From the NCBI GenBank assembly GCA_964270895.1, contig OZ185437.1: DNA of 64,000 nt. One strand, written 5' to 3'. Below, piece by piece: positions 1 to 13,884 of the stretch. The notes beneath the pieces were generated by a model, which saw nothing but the letters and a program-made list of their open reading frames with translations, ran no database searches and had not been told where the DNA came from. The position numbers were made by a program, and so were the translations under genes. Origin of the DNA: Podarcis filfolensis (lineage: Eukaryota). The first letter of the stretch is position 1, and each line of letters begins with the position of its first letter.

Positions 1-1935
1 TTTGAAGAGGACAGGCATCATGTGGACCTTCTGAGAAACTTGCATACATGAGCAACGCACTGATAATGCCTCTTGTGTGTCTGGATGGAGAATATAGAGA
101 TGTGTATGCTGAAACTATTCTACTATTGTACAAAGGTAAATTTTACATCCATTGCTTCAAGTACTTTTGCCTCTGGCCCCTCACACTACTGTCATGAGGC
201 CCTTTTTCAGAAGGGAATGCAGTCTTGGGCTGAAAAAGTTTCCTCATTCCTGAGCTATGGCTCTTCATCTTGGATTCTGTCATGGTTTTATATAATAAAT
301 ATATTTTATGTATAAATGTAAGTGGCAAATATCTGTCTAAAATAAAGGAATGAAGAAGAAAGAGAAATGTATTTGGGTTCTTGTACTCAAGTATCCATGA
401 AGCATGTCAGTTACTGAGGACCCAAATGTGTATACTTCACTTAAAGCAGTGATTAGGAAAGGACTAGGGCCTTTCTGATGTATATCGGAGATGGGTTGAA
501 AGACACAGTTTAGTCATATATGTAGCTTTCGTATCTGACCTGATGTACATGCATTTTGTACTTAGTTGTTGAAACCCAAATTCAGCATGTCTCACAGAAG
601 AACCTGCAAGTCCAACCACGTTGATTCTGTCTCTTCTATCTGCATCTCTTCTAACTGCATCTCTTTGTCTGAAATGCTTCCTCTATTTACACCCAGAAAA
701 AGGGGGAGAACAAAAGCTGATCTGAGCTACCTACATTTCCCCAAACCCAAATACGTTATGTGCTGGACTCTGTGAGGCAGCCAGTTCTTGGATTCTAGGG
801 AGCTTATTTACCCAACGGCTGCTCTTAACAGCTTTGCTGTTTATTTGATCGCTTAATGGAGAGGTTTTTATTGTTCTCATTTTAAACCCTTCTAATAAAA
901 AGCAGGAGGTAAAAGAAGCCACAGGGGCCATTTCTACACTTGCTCATTGTTTGATCAGCCGACTGGGCTGTTAACATAGCAAAGTTGGCAAGGCCATTAA
1001 GCCTTCTGTCATCTGCAGCAAATAATGGCTGGCCATTTGTGTAATTTGTGGTCTCTGGCTTCTCTCTGAAATTATCATGGATGTAGACTTGATTCCCTGT
1101 TAATGGGAAGGTTGGAGCATCTTCAAGCTTTAATTATCTGAATGTGGGATTCAGTTCTGTGGGATTCAAACCCTCCCACTTTGCAAAACACAAGCAAAGT
1201 GTTAACGGCAGGGTGTCTGTTTATACATAGAAAGAAAAATGGATGGCTTACTTCCCTTCCAGAAATCCCCCCTTTTTCTGGTTCATAGTTTTAAAAAGTA
1301 ATATAAGAAATTAGGACTGATAAATATTTACAGCTCTTTTCAGGCATTGGCCGCTCACCCCCATCTGTCAGGACATTCAGCTCCTGTTAAGTATTTTGTG
1401 TGTAAAAGTGAGGAAAGCTGCTCAGAGTGGCTGGGGCAACCCAGTCAGATGGGTGGGGTACAAATAATGATTTTTGTTGTTGTTGTCTCTCATGAGACAA
1501 CAGCACAGCAGCAAAAAGTTCGTTAGTTGCTCAAACCAGTGAGCAAGCCTGACTTTATTATTTATTTTATTTATATTAAGCATTTATGCATGCATATGTT
1601 TTAAATGATGGTTAGGTGCTCCTGATTTAGTACTCTCCTTCCTTAGGTCAGATCTGCAGGTCGTGGTGCCCATTCAGATGGAGCCATTATCAAAACTGAA
1701 ATAATTCCATGTTTCTCCTATTCATGATAGGAAGGCAATGCAGATGTACACTGCGAGTGACTCAACTTGATTGGCACATCCTGGTTTATTATCCACACTT
1801 TGATAAGAAGTGTGGCATTTTGTGGACAATTACAAATAAATTGTCTTGCCTTTGGTTGGTGTGTCAGCATTTGCAGCAGCAAACAGGATCACATGAATGC
1901 GCAAACGTTTCAGCTTGTAACGTTTCCATTGCCAG

Positions 1936-2171
1936 GTTAGCAACCTCCGGTCGAAAGTATCTCGGTTTGCTATCGGGACCCTAGCTGACCTCTTCAAGGC
2001 CATGAAGAAGCATATGGACCAAGAGGTTGAAGAGATTTCTCGGGTCCTTCTCCAGAAGGCAGGCGATTCTAGTGAATTCATCCAGAAAGCAGCTGATCAG
2101 TGCTTGGGCATCATGGCGCAGAATGTGACTTCCTCACGAGCGATGGCTGCCCTCATGGCCAATGGAGTGAA
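1936..2171 (+). CDS. TOGARAM2: TOGARAM2 (FAM179A) internal coding exon, TOG/HEAT-repeat region; gene begins upstream of the window
   Basis: ttgccag|GTT acceptor. Encodes VSNLRSKVSRFAIGTLADLFKAMKKHMDQEVEEISRVLLQKAGDSSEFIQKAADQCL..., matching the recalled human [20 protein letters not shown]. Donor AA|gtacgt, phase 2. Confidence 0.9.
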
Positions 2172-2768
2172 GTACGTGAAGGGCCTTTTCCTCTGCATGC
2201 TTGTACTTCCTCAGTTATATCTGGACCAATTTCCCTCCCTCCAATTTTCCTAGATTTTTTTTCTGGGCCCTCGCACCTCTTCTTCTTACCCATGACTTGT
2301 TCTCTTGAAGTAGAGTAGGGCTGCAATCACGCTGGATAATAAGGCACCAGGGTCATATCCCTGGGGGGTAAACTTTCAGGGGATGCATGACAATGATGGG
2401 TGGGGCTGGAGTCCAAAATGGGTGTGGTCACTCTATGCGCTCCCCCTCCTCCTCTCCATAGTCTTCCTAGCTTATGGTTTGCCAGAGCTGAGGCAAAACA
2501 CTCTTGCCAGAGATCTGAACTGATGGCTTACAGAGGGCTGCTCCCCCTCCTTCAACCACTCCGTCTGTTTCAGCTGCCCCCTTTCCATTTTCCTGCTCCC
2601 GCCCTCCTTTTCCACCCACATGAAGTTAAGCCAAATTTCACAATCAGGTTTCACACCCCTGCAAGCCAGTTTGCCAGTTAGGGTCAGAACTAGCTGGGTT
2701 GGGATATTTTGGCTGAGGCAAGCTGGGGTAGCTTTGCAGTATAAGAAAAGTAGAGGTCTCATTCTTAG

Positions 2769-2945
<177 letters not shown>

Positions 2946-3636
2946 TAAACTGTCAGGCAAACAGCTGAGAGTCTTTGAGTGCATTTCATTGCAAGATGAG
3001 ATGGACCAACCTATTGCCCTCCAAATGTTTTGGCCTTCCATTCCATTCAGCCCCAGCTAGCAAGGCCAATGGCCAGGTATGGCGGGAGTGGTTTATTTAT
3101 TCATTTATTCATTCATTTCATGAAATTCATATGCCACTCCATTGTAAAAACAAAAACAAAACCAACAACAACAGCTACTCCAAAGAGGTTTGCAAAAAGA
3201 ATCTGAACCCTGATCTCCCAGGTCTGATCTAGTCCAATACTCTCATCACTAGAGCACATTGGTATATACATTCATTTTTATTATGAATGAGTGCTGGCAA
3301 TGAAAAGCATTCTTAATGTCTTGAATTATGGTATACTTCCTTCAGAATTTGTGGTGGTTCTATTTTTCCGAATTATTTTGTGATTTGTCTTTTGAAGACA
3401 TTTATATTTTACTCATTAATTGTGTGTTTAATTATATTAATCGTATGTGTTAAATAATATTAACTATATTGTGAACGCTTTGATTTACAGTATGGAAAAA
3501 TTCAGTGTGTGGCTCACGGGTTCTGTATCAAAGAACTATCGCTGCCCACTTGGCCTGAGAGGTTGGACCACCCTGAACCAGACAAATGGCACTTTCTGAA
3601 ACAGTCAAAATTTTGCCATCAAATGTTCTTAATTAA

Positions 3637-3852
<216 letters not shown>

Positions 3853-4717
3853 TAGATTATTATTTTTTATCTTACTGTATTATGAAAAAGCTTTAACAAA
3901 ATCTTTTCATAAGAAATATTTGCACTGAAAGTGGAATCAGAAGATCAAATATATTTCATTCTTTGGTAAATAAAAATTAAGGGCTGGATCCAAGCTCAAT
4001 CATGTTCAGAGCAAGACTTATAAAATCTCTCAGAATTGTTAGGACCAGCAGCAAAGCGCTGCAGAATGCCTCTCCTCACCAAGTTGGCAAGAGGAGAGGC
4101 ATTCCACCATCCAGATTTGCTACTGGGCGGGAAGGAAGCTTTGGAAACTGATTCTCCTTCAAAATAAGTGCTTTCTGAAGCTCCCCTCCCCACTGTAATC
4201 TGGTGGGCTGGCAAGGCTTGACGAGGCCTTCTCTGAACTTCATGCCCCCCTCCACTGTAGGGGTGGCAGGGGGTGTTTTGTCTCCAGTGCTGAAATGTCT
4301 CAGGCCACCCCTGTGCCCTCACATCCTGCTTGCAGGCCTCCCACAGGCATCCGATTGGCTGCTGTGAGAAAACACGATGCTGGAATAGATAGGCCATTGG
4401 CATGATCCAGCAAAGATTTTCTTCTGATCTTAAGCATATGCTTGTGCCCATACATCTCCTCTTCAAATGTTACAGGAAAAGTTTGAAAATACTGCAACTT
4501 GTCTATGTGTAATTTCACTCTTTGTTAAAATGCCTATATCAGGGGTCACACAACTTCCCAAGCGCCCCTGATTTTGATGGCAGCCATAGTGAAACGAAAG
4601 CATATTTAAAGCAGGCACAGTGTGGGGTGGATTTCTCCCTCCCAAGTCATCAGTTTGATCAAGTGCAGAGGGGGCTATAACCCTCCCAATCCTCCCAACC
4701 CTCCCTTTCTATGGAGG

Positions 4718-5028
4718 AGAAGAAGAAGAAAGAAGAAGAAGAAGAAGAAGAAGAAGAAGAAGAAGAAGAAGAAGAAGAAGAAGAAGAAGAGTTTGGATTT
4801 GATATCCCGCTTTATCACTACCCGAAGGAGTCTTGAAGCAGCTAACATTCTCCTTTCCCTTCCTCCCCCACAACAAACACTCTGTGAGGTGAGTGGGGCT
4901 GAGAGACTTCAGAGAAGTGTGACTAGCCCAAGGTCACCCAGCAGCTACATGTGGAGGAGCAGGGAAGCGAACCCGGTTCACCAGATTACGAGTCTACCGC
5001 TCTTAACCACTACACCACACTGGCTCTC
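4718..5028 (-). mobile_element. Squam3-type tRNA/CORE SINE, full length, with expanded (TCT)n tail
   Basis: Minus strand starts GAGAGCCAGTGTGGTGTAGTGGTTAAGAG (A-box) with a B-box-like GGTTCGCTTCCC and a CORE-like middle. About 70 nt of (AGA)n on the plus strand; TGGAGG target-site duplication at 4712-4717 and 5029-5034. Confidence 0.85.
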
Positions 5029-5198
5029 TGGAGGGTGTGTGTGTGCCTGTGTGTTTGAATAAGAGAGCGGGGCCAGAAACAACCACTGGGGCCACACTGA
5101 CCGCTGGCATGTAGTGCTTGGAGGGTTGACCAAAGGCCAGTGTGGCCTTTGACTCAAGAAAGCTTAACCACTCCTGGCCTATGCATTTCTCTATGCAG

Positions 5199-5302
5199 GG
5201 ATTAGAAGACCAATCTTCTCAAGCTCCTTCTGCCAAAAGCCACAGAGGGTCGAAGAGCAGCAGTCTGACAACCTCACTGGACAGCCTGCCTTCAGAGGAA
5301 AG
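5199..5302 (+). CDS. TOGARAM2: TOGARAM2 coding exon (Ser-rich linker)
   Basis: atgcag| acceptor; GLEDQSSQAPSAKSHRGSKSSSLTTSLDSLPSEE; AG|gtatgg donor. Phase 0 in and phase 2 out fit the chain; low-complexity, so homology support is weaker. Confidence 0.8.
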
Positions 5303-5603
5303 GTATGGAGCACCCCTTGGCTCTACTAAACTACTCTGCATGCTCAGAGCTGTTTTTCTTTTTGCCGCCTATCCCCATGAATCCTAGCTCCTTGCTCTCT
5401 AAACCATAGACAGGACCTTCCTGATTTCCTCCACCTCAGCCTTCTTTCACTTTCCCCGCTTCCATTTTTTTGCCAGTCATCTTCCAGTTTGGCACATCCG
5501 ATAACTTTACAGCCAAAGTGAATTATGTGGGTTCAGTAAATTAAAACATTTTGCTTCAGTGCATTATACATTTTGAATTTCAAAAATTGTATTGGTGCTG
5601 AGT

Positions 5604-6031
5604 TAGGGATGGAGGAAAAAATCATTTCAGTTTGCATTCAAAGGTGAACCTGCCCAATTGGCCCTTCCCAAAACAATTGAAGAACTGAAACACAGCTGAC
5701 TTTCAGCATATGCAGTTATTAATGTTTTGCAGGACAGTTCTCCAACTGAGTAATGTGTACCAAAAATGCAGATACTAAAATGTGCATAACATGCATATAT
5801 TCAAGAAATAACATACAAAAAGCCATTAAATTATGAAAATTATGTACAAATATATAGCAGGCAAAACTGCATATAAAAGTGTGTGTATTAGGATAAATTC
5901 ACACTAAGACATGTATGAATTTTCATGAGGATTTTTTTTTTAACAACCACAAACTGATGTGGAAACGTGGAAGAACAGAAGCTATGATTGAAAAAAATGA
6001 GAAACAGAAACAGACATTTCCCCCACTCCTA
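5604..6031. mobile_element. hAT(Ac)-like non-autonomous element, copy 1
   Basis: TAGGGATG...CCCCACTCCTA termini; internal similarity to 14531-14905; no clear TSD. Confidence 0.55.
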
Positions 6032-6130
6032 GTCATGAGAACAATGTAACTGGGCAATGTAACCGAGTGCTGTCATTTAAGTACTATAAATGCATAACAC
6101 AATGAATAAACCTTTGGTTCTCAATGCTAG

Positions 6131-6329
6131 CTCTGTCCCAGATGTCCTAAGCATCCCGCAGGTAGTGGCTCGCCGCTCATCCCTTCGCAGCATCGAAATG
6201 ATGGAGCAGCTCAAGGAGCTGAACAAGATGCTGGTGGCGAAGGAATTCCAGATGCGAATGGAGGGAGTGGCGTTGCTAATGGAGCACTGCAAGAACAACC
6301 CCCAGCTTGTGTCCTCAAATATCATACAG
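6131..6329 (+). CDS. TOGARAM2: TOGARAM2 coding exon
   Basis: MEQLKELNKMLVAKEFQMRMEGVALLMEHCKNNPQLVSSNIIQ matches the recalled human EQLKELTRLLEAKDFRSRMEGV. Of three nearby AGs only aatgctag| (6130) gives the required phase; CAG|gtactt donor. Confidence 0.85.
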
Positions 6330-7453
6330 GTACTTGGATGCCATACATTTGGGTGCCAGTAGCCTAATACAGGTGACCCATTCGTTGAGATTAGGTTGGG
6401 CCATCTTAATCCTGATTCCCTACTCAGTTTAACTGATGGGTGAACTATGTATTATGTGAGATACATGGCTGTGCCTTTAAGCACAGATTGATAGTGTAAT
6501 GGGGGAAGGAGGTTTAATCCTTGGCCCTACTGCGGTTGTGATCCAGATTTGGGGGCTCTGTACCTGCAAGTACAATAAGAGAGATCCAAATGGAAAGATC
6601 CCCTCTCCCAATTCAAATTGCACAATTTGGATTATGGCTACAGTGGGGAGTAAAGTTTCTGAGCCTCCCCCCTATTGGGAAACTGTGTACATGCCGCTAC
6701 CCACACAGAGGCAATTAAGGTTTGGCAGACAGCCAGAAGGCTATGTGAAGGAGTAAGTCTGCCTGGTGATAACAGAGACATGGAGACAGCTCCCTGATTG
6801 GTCAAGCTCTCTCAAGGGAATGATAATTAATGCCCTACTAACTGGAATGTGCTAGTTCTGGAGTTCAGTGTTCAGAGGTTCAGAGTTCTGTGTGTCAGTG
6901 TAGGAGTTATGAGTCGTGTATGAGAGAGAGCTTGCTAAAGATCCATGCTCTGTTCCTGTAAATAGTCCACTGTATATAATAAACACCTAACTACAAGTTC
7001 CTGGTTCCTGCTTCGTCTATCCTGTTTGCAGCCAAGTCGCCAATTGCTTCCGTGGATTCTGCATTTACTCTGCTAGGTCTGGCTAAGGTCCTGCAACTAG
7101 TCAGAAAGTTGCAAAAAACCAGATAGGTTTTGCCATGCTAATATTCCATTTTGAGTTACAGCCCCATGCTAAGATCCCAGTGTGGATTGCTAGTGCTTAA
7201 ATGCACAACTACATAGCTCATATAACATATATTTTGCCCTTATGTAAGGGCAATGTTCAATGTGCTGCTGTTTCTGAAGAACCTTCGTAGCAGTTGCTGC
7301 TCCTTGGTCTCCATCTCTCTGTAAACTGTGGAAAGAAGAGATCTTGGTTTGTTTACAGGTTGTATACTGGAGTTAAAAACAAAACAAAACTGGTTACTTT
7401 CAAGAGGGCACAGAGGCAACTATAGAGTACCACATCCTATTAATGACCCAAAG

Positions 7454-7496
<43 letters not shown>
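7454..7496. repeat. (AATC)n microsatellite
   Basis: Direct reading. Confidence 0.95.
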
Positions 7497-7854
7497 TAGT
7501 GCCCTCCCTTAACTACATGTTGCTGATCCTGGCTTGATTATTCCTTCATCATAGAGCTAACTTTTGTAAAAATTCCTCAACATGATGCAAAAAATTAGAC
7601 AAGGATATCACCCTATGTCAAACCAAAATTATCCCCAGTTTTTTAGTTTGGTTTGTTGGGAGCTATCTCTCCACTATAAGTTGAGAAATGGTAGCACATA
7701 CAAAAAGAGGTTCTGTTGGATGTAAAGACACTGTATTAAAATGTTTTGCTTCTATATGTAGACTTGTAACTGACTCTGTTTCCCCACTTTTCTGTGCTAA
7801 CAGAGCAGTATGCTATTTACAGTAGGATTTACTTGTTCTTTTTTGTGTTAATAG

Positions 7855-8172
<318 letters not shown>

Positions 8173-8952
8173 TAGAAGGCTCTTTTATGAAGCTGCTTGT
8201 AGGGTAGACACTTCTACGGCTAAAATGAAACATTTTAAAATAGTTTTTAAGCACTTTAAAAATTATCTGAGACGAGGAGCAGCCATTGCTTGTTTATCTC
8301 AGAATCCAAGTTGTGTAGCTTGATATCTGAGTCTATAAGCTGACCTCATGGCTACAGACTAATTTGGTTTGTTGAGGGTTTTACTTTTCTTCATCTGCCT
8401 TACCCAGGGTTGGCTCAATACATTTTGCTGCCTGAGGAAGAAATGGAATTCTGTGTGCTGCCCCCTCTCAGGATACATTGTACCCATGGCCAGCCATGTT
8501 CCTTTGGCATCTGATGCAGAAAATCCTACTCACACAAGCATTCCCCTTCTGAAGAGTAAAAATACAGTAACAAACTCACAGAGCAACTCTAATGAAAGAA
8601 AACCAACATAATTTATGACAGCTTAAGTTTAATATTTTAGCCCCTTTTTTGGTTTACAGCTTATGGAGAGATATGCTGGTTGTTTTTTTAAAACTGCTAC
8701 TTTGGTTCTACTTTTCTCTACACAGAGTAAACCTGTTTTTGGAGCTGTAAATCTGCCACCTTTCCCCTGTGCTAAATTCTTACAAGAAAAGAAATGTTAT
8801 GCATGTGGAATGAAGGCAGACTTGGAGCTGAAATGAGAGATGACCTTTCAGTGAGGGTCACTAGGGGAAAATGTTGTGCTGCTGTCAGGGAATAACGCCT
8901 CATTAAAAGCTTGTACAGTGTGGTTAAAGTGACTTGTCCTGGATGATCTGTA

Positions 8953-9194
8953 CAGTGGTACCTCAGGTTAAGTACTTAATTCGTTCCGGAGGTCCGTACT
9001 TAACCTGAAACTGTTCTTAACCTGAAGCACCACTTTAGCTAATGGGGCCTCCTGCTGCTGCCACACCGCCAGAGCACATTTTCTGTTCTCATCATGAAGC
9101 AAAGTTCTTAACCTGAAGCACTATTTCTGGGTTAGCGGAGTCTGTAACTTGAAGCGTATGTAACCTGAAGCGTATGTAACCCGAGGTACCACTG
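8953..9194 (+). mobile_element. Tigger/pogo-like (Tc1/mariner) MITE, 242 bp, copy 1
   Basis: TIRs CAGTGGTACCTC(A/G)GGTTA, flanking TA duplication, subterminal tandem GTAACCTGAAGCGTAT repeats. Strand is relative to the other copies. Confidence 0.9.
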
Positions 9195-10087
9195 TACTCA
9201 GTAGGAGCAGATACATTTGTGTATTGCTCTTGGTACTAGGGTGTTCAGAAAATATTGATTTCAAATAGAATTTGGGTGTTATAAAATTAGCTTTATGTTG
9301 AAGGCTGGACCAACATATGCATTACAACTGTGTCTAAGATGCAAGGGTAAATGCTATAATTTCAGATTTCAGGTGTGGATCCACATTTTTCATTGTTCAC
9401 CGCATAAAAAATTCCATGCATGTAGAAATTTAGGACATCAAGGGGAGAGGTTCTGGTCCTGCCATCTCCCTGCCATGCTGGTTTTCTACTTGCAGGAAAT
9501 ATGTTGGAGAATATTAAGAAATGTCATGTTTCAGACCTGCGGTTTGAACCTGAACATTCTGCCACCACAATCCCATCTCATTCTGTAGCATGTGGAGAGA
9601 TACAGCCCCAAAAGAGTCCTGAACATGCTTATTAGAAGGCAGAACTAAAGCCAGGACAGAAGCAAAGTATTGAACACTATGTAACTTACTTCTGAGCAAA
9701 CATGTATAGGCTTACATAGTTAGGAGACTTTGACCTGGACCAATGAGCATGTTTGAAAGGTAGAATCAAGTAGAACTATGGGCTGGGAGCGTGGGATGGG
9801 TTTAGAAGGTTAGAACAAACCAATGGAAAACACTTGAGACACGTAGCTTGGGTCTCAGTAGCATTTTCCATCACAGCAGTTCTTCATGTTAGCCTGCTAA
9901 ACATGGATTGGGATTGCTGGTGACTTTCAGCATGTTGAACCAGTCTTGTGAATGCTCTGCATGTGCTCAGATTGTAAATTGCCATATCCTGGAAGTCCTT
10001 TACAAAGCATGTTGGATGTGGAGAATGTTGAAATCCATGGAAATAGTTGACTTCTATGAATATTGTCACGAAGCAGTTTTATGTTAT

Positions 10088-10157
10088 AAAGGTAAAGGGA
10101 CCCCTGACCATTAGGTCCAGTCGCGGATGACTCTGGGGTTGTGGTGCTCATCTTGCT
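10088..10157 (-). mobile_element. Sauria SINE 3' fragment
   Basis: aaaggtaaagggacccctgaccattaggtccagtcg..., the (ACCTTT)n tail end; same subtype as 50920-51274. Confidence 0.8.
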
Positions 10158-10227
10158 CAACTTGGTACCAAATCCGATTTCTAACAAATGTACAGCTGAG
10201 AACACTTAGAGTCAGAGGCATAAATAG

Positions 10228-10267
<40 letters not shown>

Positions 10268-10730
10268 GAAGAAGAAGAAGAAGAAGAAGAAGAAATTTTA
10301 TTTATACCCCTCCCCAGCCAAGGCCAGGCTCAGGGCGGCTAACAACCAATAATAAAACAAGTTGAATGAATACAACTTAAAAACAAGATTAAAATACAAC
10401 ATTAAAATGCAGCCTCATCACAGGAGGAGAAAGGAAAAAAGAAAGAGGGGGAGGGAATCAAATTGACTCCAAGCCAAAGGCCAGGCGGAACAACTCTGTC
10501 TTACAGGCCCTATGGAAAGAAATCAGATGCTGCAGGGCCCTGGTCTCATGAGGCAGAGCATTCCACCAGGCCGGAGCCAGAGTTGAAAAGGCCCTGGCTC
10601 TGGTTGAGGCTAATCTAACTTCCTTAGGGCCCGGGACCTCTAGGGTGTTGCTGTTTATGGACCTTAAGGTCCTCCGTGGGGCATACCAGGAGAGGCGGTC
10701 CCGTAGGTACGAGGGTCCTAGGCCGTGAAG
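10228..10730 (-). mobile_element. L2-type LINE 3' fragment with (AAT)n(AAG)n tail
   Basis: Typical squamate L2 end (tttatacccctccccagccaaggccaggctcagggcggctaacaa) and ORF-end motifs (cagagcattccaccagg...gaaaaggccctg). A related tail fragment lies at 21775-21930. Confidence 0.7.
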
Positions 10731-10765
10731 TGACCACTTGTCACTTCAAGTATGAGCATGAAATC

Positions 10766-10800
10766 AATGAATGAATGAATGAATGAATGAATGAATGAAT
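10766..10800. repeat. (AATG)n microsatellite
   Basis: Direct reading. Confidence 0.95.
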
Positions 10801-12277
10801 AGGGATATCAATTGTTCATAGGAAGGTCACATGATGAGATTTGTTTACTAAGCCCCAGCATCTGGTGAAAAATATAGTGCACTAGGGTGATGATAGCACC
10901 TGGTCACATGATAAAGCTAGTTTCTATCAGTTTCCCACATTCTTCCACTTACCCTTTGGTAACTGTACAAATGGACTTCTCCTGGTAAAAAGTCATGTGT
11001 CTCCATCCCCCAAAATATTTTGTTCTTGTAGCTATATGGACATCCTAGTGAGTTATTTTGCTCTTGGAGTGGGGGATAGTCCCACAAATAAGCTTCTTCT
11101 GCGCAGGTTCCATGGGAAGCCTTAAGTTATGAGTCTCAGCTAGCTCCTTCTCCTGTCTGTAGTCCATAAATATTCCCAGGCTGCACTCTTCTTTTGCAAA
11201 GGAAATTTATGGTTTGCTGAGTTCATTTCTGAAGAACAAACAAGCATAAATCCAGGTCTAAATGACGGCTTGTTCCAAACGTTGTTCTCCGTAGGCTGAA
11301 ATTGCTGTTGCCAATAACTACACAACCAAGGACTGCTATAAATCCCAGGCCACGTGGATTTATGTTGGCAGTGGAAATGCAGTGTTGGGTGGGTAGGCAA
11401 GACATACTATAGGGTGATCAAGAGTCAGGACTGAAGTTGGAGCTAGCATACATGTTTCCTAGTCGGTTTGCTAATTTTCTTATAGGACAGATTTTCTAAG
11501 GACAGATTGTGCGTGTGTGAAGGAGAATGGCCACTGTGTTTGAGGTCAGAAATGAATTTGCTCCATGTTCTGATTTCTTGGAGACGGTGGAGCATATGGG
11601 CAGTCATCTAGACTCTTGAATTCTTTGCGTCCAGTCCAGACAAAGACAGTTCCAACCAACAGTCAGAGGCAATATGCTTTTGAATACCAGTGCAAGTGGA
11701 GAGGGTGCTGTTGCACTCAGGATCTGCTTGTGGCCATCCCATGGCCATCAGGTTGGTCAGTGTTAAAACAGGATGCTGGACTAGATAGACCTTTGGGCTC
11801 CTCTTACATTCTTACGTTATGTTCTTAATTTCCACAGAAATTAAAAGGATTTAAGTGCAACATGTGTTGTCTTCACACATTACTCATGGGGAGAAGGTTA
11901 AAATGGTGACAGTGGCTATGGGGGCCATGCACCCCAAAGCCACACTGTTCCTCCTGCCCTTCCTGTGTTCATCATGACTTGTGTAGTGAGGAGCCTTCCT
12001 TAACTTGAGGAGGCTCCCTGTGCAACTTAGAAAACGGAGTTCCCAAGGATTGGTTTGGGGACGTGTGCTTTTTAATTTGTTCATCATACATCTAGAGCTA
12101 GTGGTGAGCAGTGAAGGTGGCCATGTTTGCTGATGATACCAAAATGTTCTGGAAACCCAAAGCCAAAAAAAGATTGTGAAGAGTGACAAAAGGACCTCTC
12201 CAAACTAAGTGAAAGGGCAATAAAATGGCAAATGCAATTCAGCGTAAATAAGTGTAAAATGATGCATGTCAGGGCAA

Positions 12278-12325
<48 letters not shown>
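12278..12325. repeat. (AAT)n microsatellite inside CR1
   Basis: Direct reading; source of the poly-L and poly-I ORFs in the track. Confidence 0.95.
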
Positions 12326-12529
12326 TTCACCATGGAACTGTAGCAGATAGCTTGATATTGATGGTTGAACCAGTGTGCAGCAGTTGTGAAAAAGGCAAAT
12401 TCCATGTTTGGGATGATTAGGAAAGGAAGTGAAAAAAAGAACTGCTAGTATCATAACAAACAAAACTGTGGTACAACCACATTTGGAATTCTGTATACCA
12501 TTCTGGTCACCTCACTTTAAAAAAAGATA

Positions 12530-12771
12530 CAGTGGTACCTCGGGTTAAGCACTTAATTCGTTCCGGAGGTCCGTTCTTAACCTGAAACTGTTCTTAACCT
12601 GAAGCACCACTTTAGCTAATGGGGCCTCCTGCTGCTGCCGCGCCGCCGGAGCACGATTTCTGTTCTCATCCTGAAGCAAAGTTCTTAACCCGAGGTAATA
12701 TTTCTGGGTTAGTGGAGTCTGTAACCTGAAGCGTATGTAACCTGAAGCGTATGTAACCCGAGGTACTACTG
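12530..12771 (+). mobile_element. Tigger-like MITE copy 2, inserted into a CR1 LINE
   Basis: Same 242-bp family with TA duplication; interrupts the CR1 sequence aaagaTA^ttgtg. Confidence 0.9.
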
Positions 12772-13845
12772 TATTGTGAAATTGGAAAAGTTCAGAAAAG
12801 GACAACCAGAATAATCAAGGGTAGATCAACTTCCCTATGTAGAAAGGTTGCAGAGTTGGGGGCTTTTTTGTTTAGAGAAAATAAAGTAAGAGGTGACATA
12901 AATTTATAAAATTATGCCTAGATGGAGAAAATGGATAAAGTTCTTCTCCCTGCCTCATAACACACCAGAGCATATTGATAGCCAATGAAGCTGAACGCTG
13001 GAAGATTTAGGACAGAGAAAAGGAAGTACTTTTCCAAACAGTGAATAGTTAAACTGTGAAATTCGTTCCCACATGAGGCAGTGATGGCCACCAAGTTGGA
13101 TGGCTTTACAAGAGGAACAGACAGATTCATGGAGGAATAAGGCTATATGAGTGGCTACTAACCTTGATGGATGTGTTCTGCCTCCACAACTGGAGGTAGC
13201 AAGCTTCTGAATAGCAGTTGCTGTAAACCACAGGAGGGGAGGGTGTGGTTGCACTCAGGTCCTTCTTGTGGGCTTCCCATAGGCATATGGTTGGCCAATG
13301 TGAGAACAGGATGCTGGTCTAGATGAGTCACTTGCGTGATCCAGTAGGCTGTTCTTAAGACAGCTGTTTCAGAAAAGTTGCAGTTCCTGGAAACTCAGCT
13401 GACATAAGATAGAAGGATGTCTCATACTGTCTCATACGGAGGTCCACTTAGAACGGTATGGCTTATTCATTTCTGACCGTCGTCATCGGCTGTGAAGGTA
13501 ACAGACAGAACGTATTTACCTGCCTCTTAATCAGAATCACCAGATTTTAAAGCTGGGACCTTAAACATGCAAATCATGTGCAATGCCATTGAGTTCTGGC
13601 TCATCCTCTCTAGAATGCCATCTTAATTGCTGCATGTGTCTGTCAAAATCAGTGAACAAGGACATACATAGTGACATGCATTTATTGTGCTGCCTCTAGA
13701 TTATGAATCTCCCTTCCCCCAGGCAGTCACTTTTACAGTTATCTTTTGGAAGCAGTGTAAAGTATTTCTATTTGGACTAGCTTTTAACAGCCAGGGTGAT
13801 GCTTTTAGCACATTTTATAATGTGTTTCCTTTTGCTTGGTGTTGA

Positions 13846-13884
<39 letters not shown>
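13846..13884. repeat. (TAT)n microsatellite
   Basis: Direct reading. Confidence 0.95.

Larger units (their letters stand above)
12030..13360 (+). mobile_element. CR1 LINE 3' part (degenerate RT ORF and 3'UTR), interrupted by (AAT)n and a MITE
   Basis: Decayed GVPQG...FADDTK, KWQMQF.VNKCK.MH and PHLE.C..FWSPH.KKDI.KL motifs, followed by the CR1 3'UTR (gagaacaggatgctgg.ctagat). Related 3'UTR fragments at about 4320-4432, 11690-11825 and 26550-26668. Confidence 0.85.

Noticed and set aside
1-1935. Search for the preceding TOGARAM2 exon (expected HDVCL.V..E motif); AG-flanked candidates near 1647-1660
   Set aside because: No frame resembles the expected peptide; the exon probably lies upstream of the window.
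4622-5062. 146-aa ORF with a poly-Lys/Arg tract
   Set aside because: Translation of the (AGA)n tail and body of a Squam3 SINE.
6495-7097. LTR-like segment with AATAAA near 6980 and a U5-like end
   Set aside because: Termini and TSD could not be defined; left unannotated pending a repeat search.
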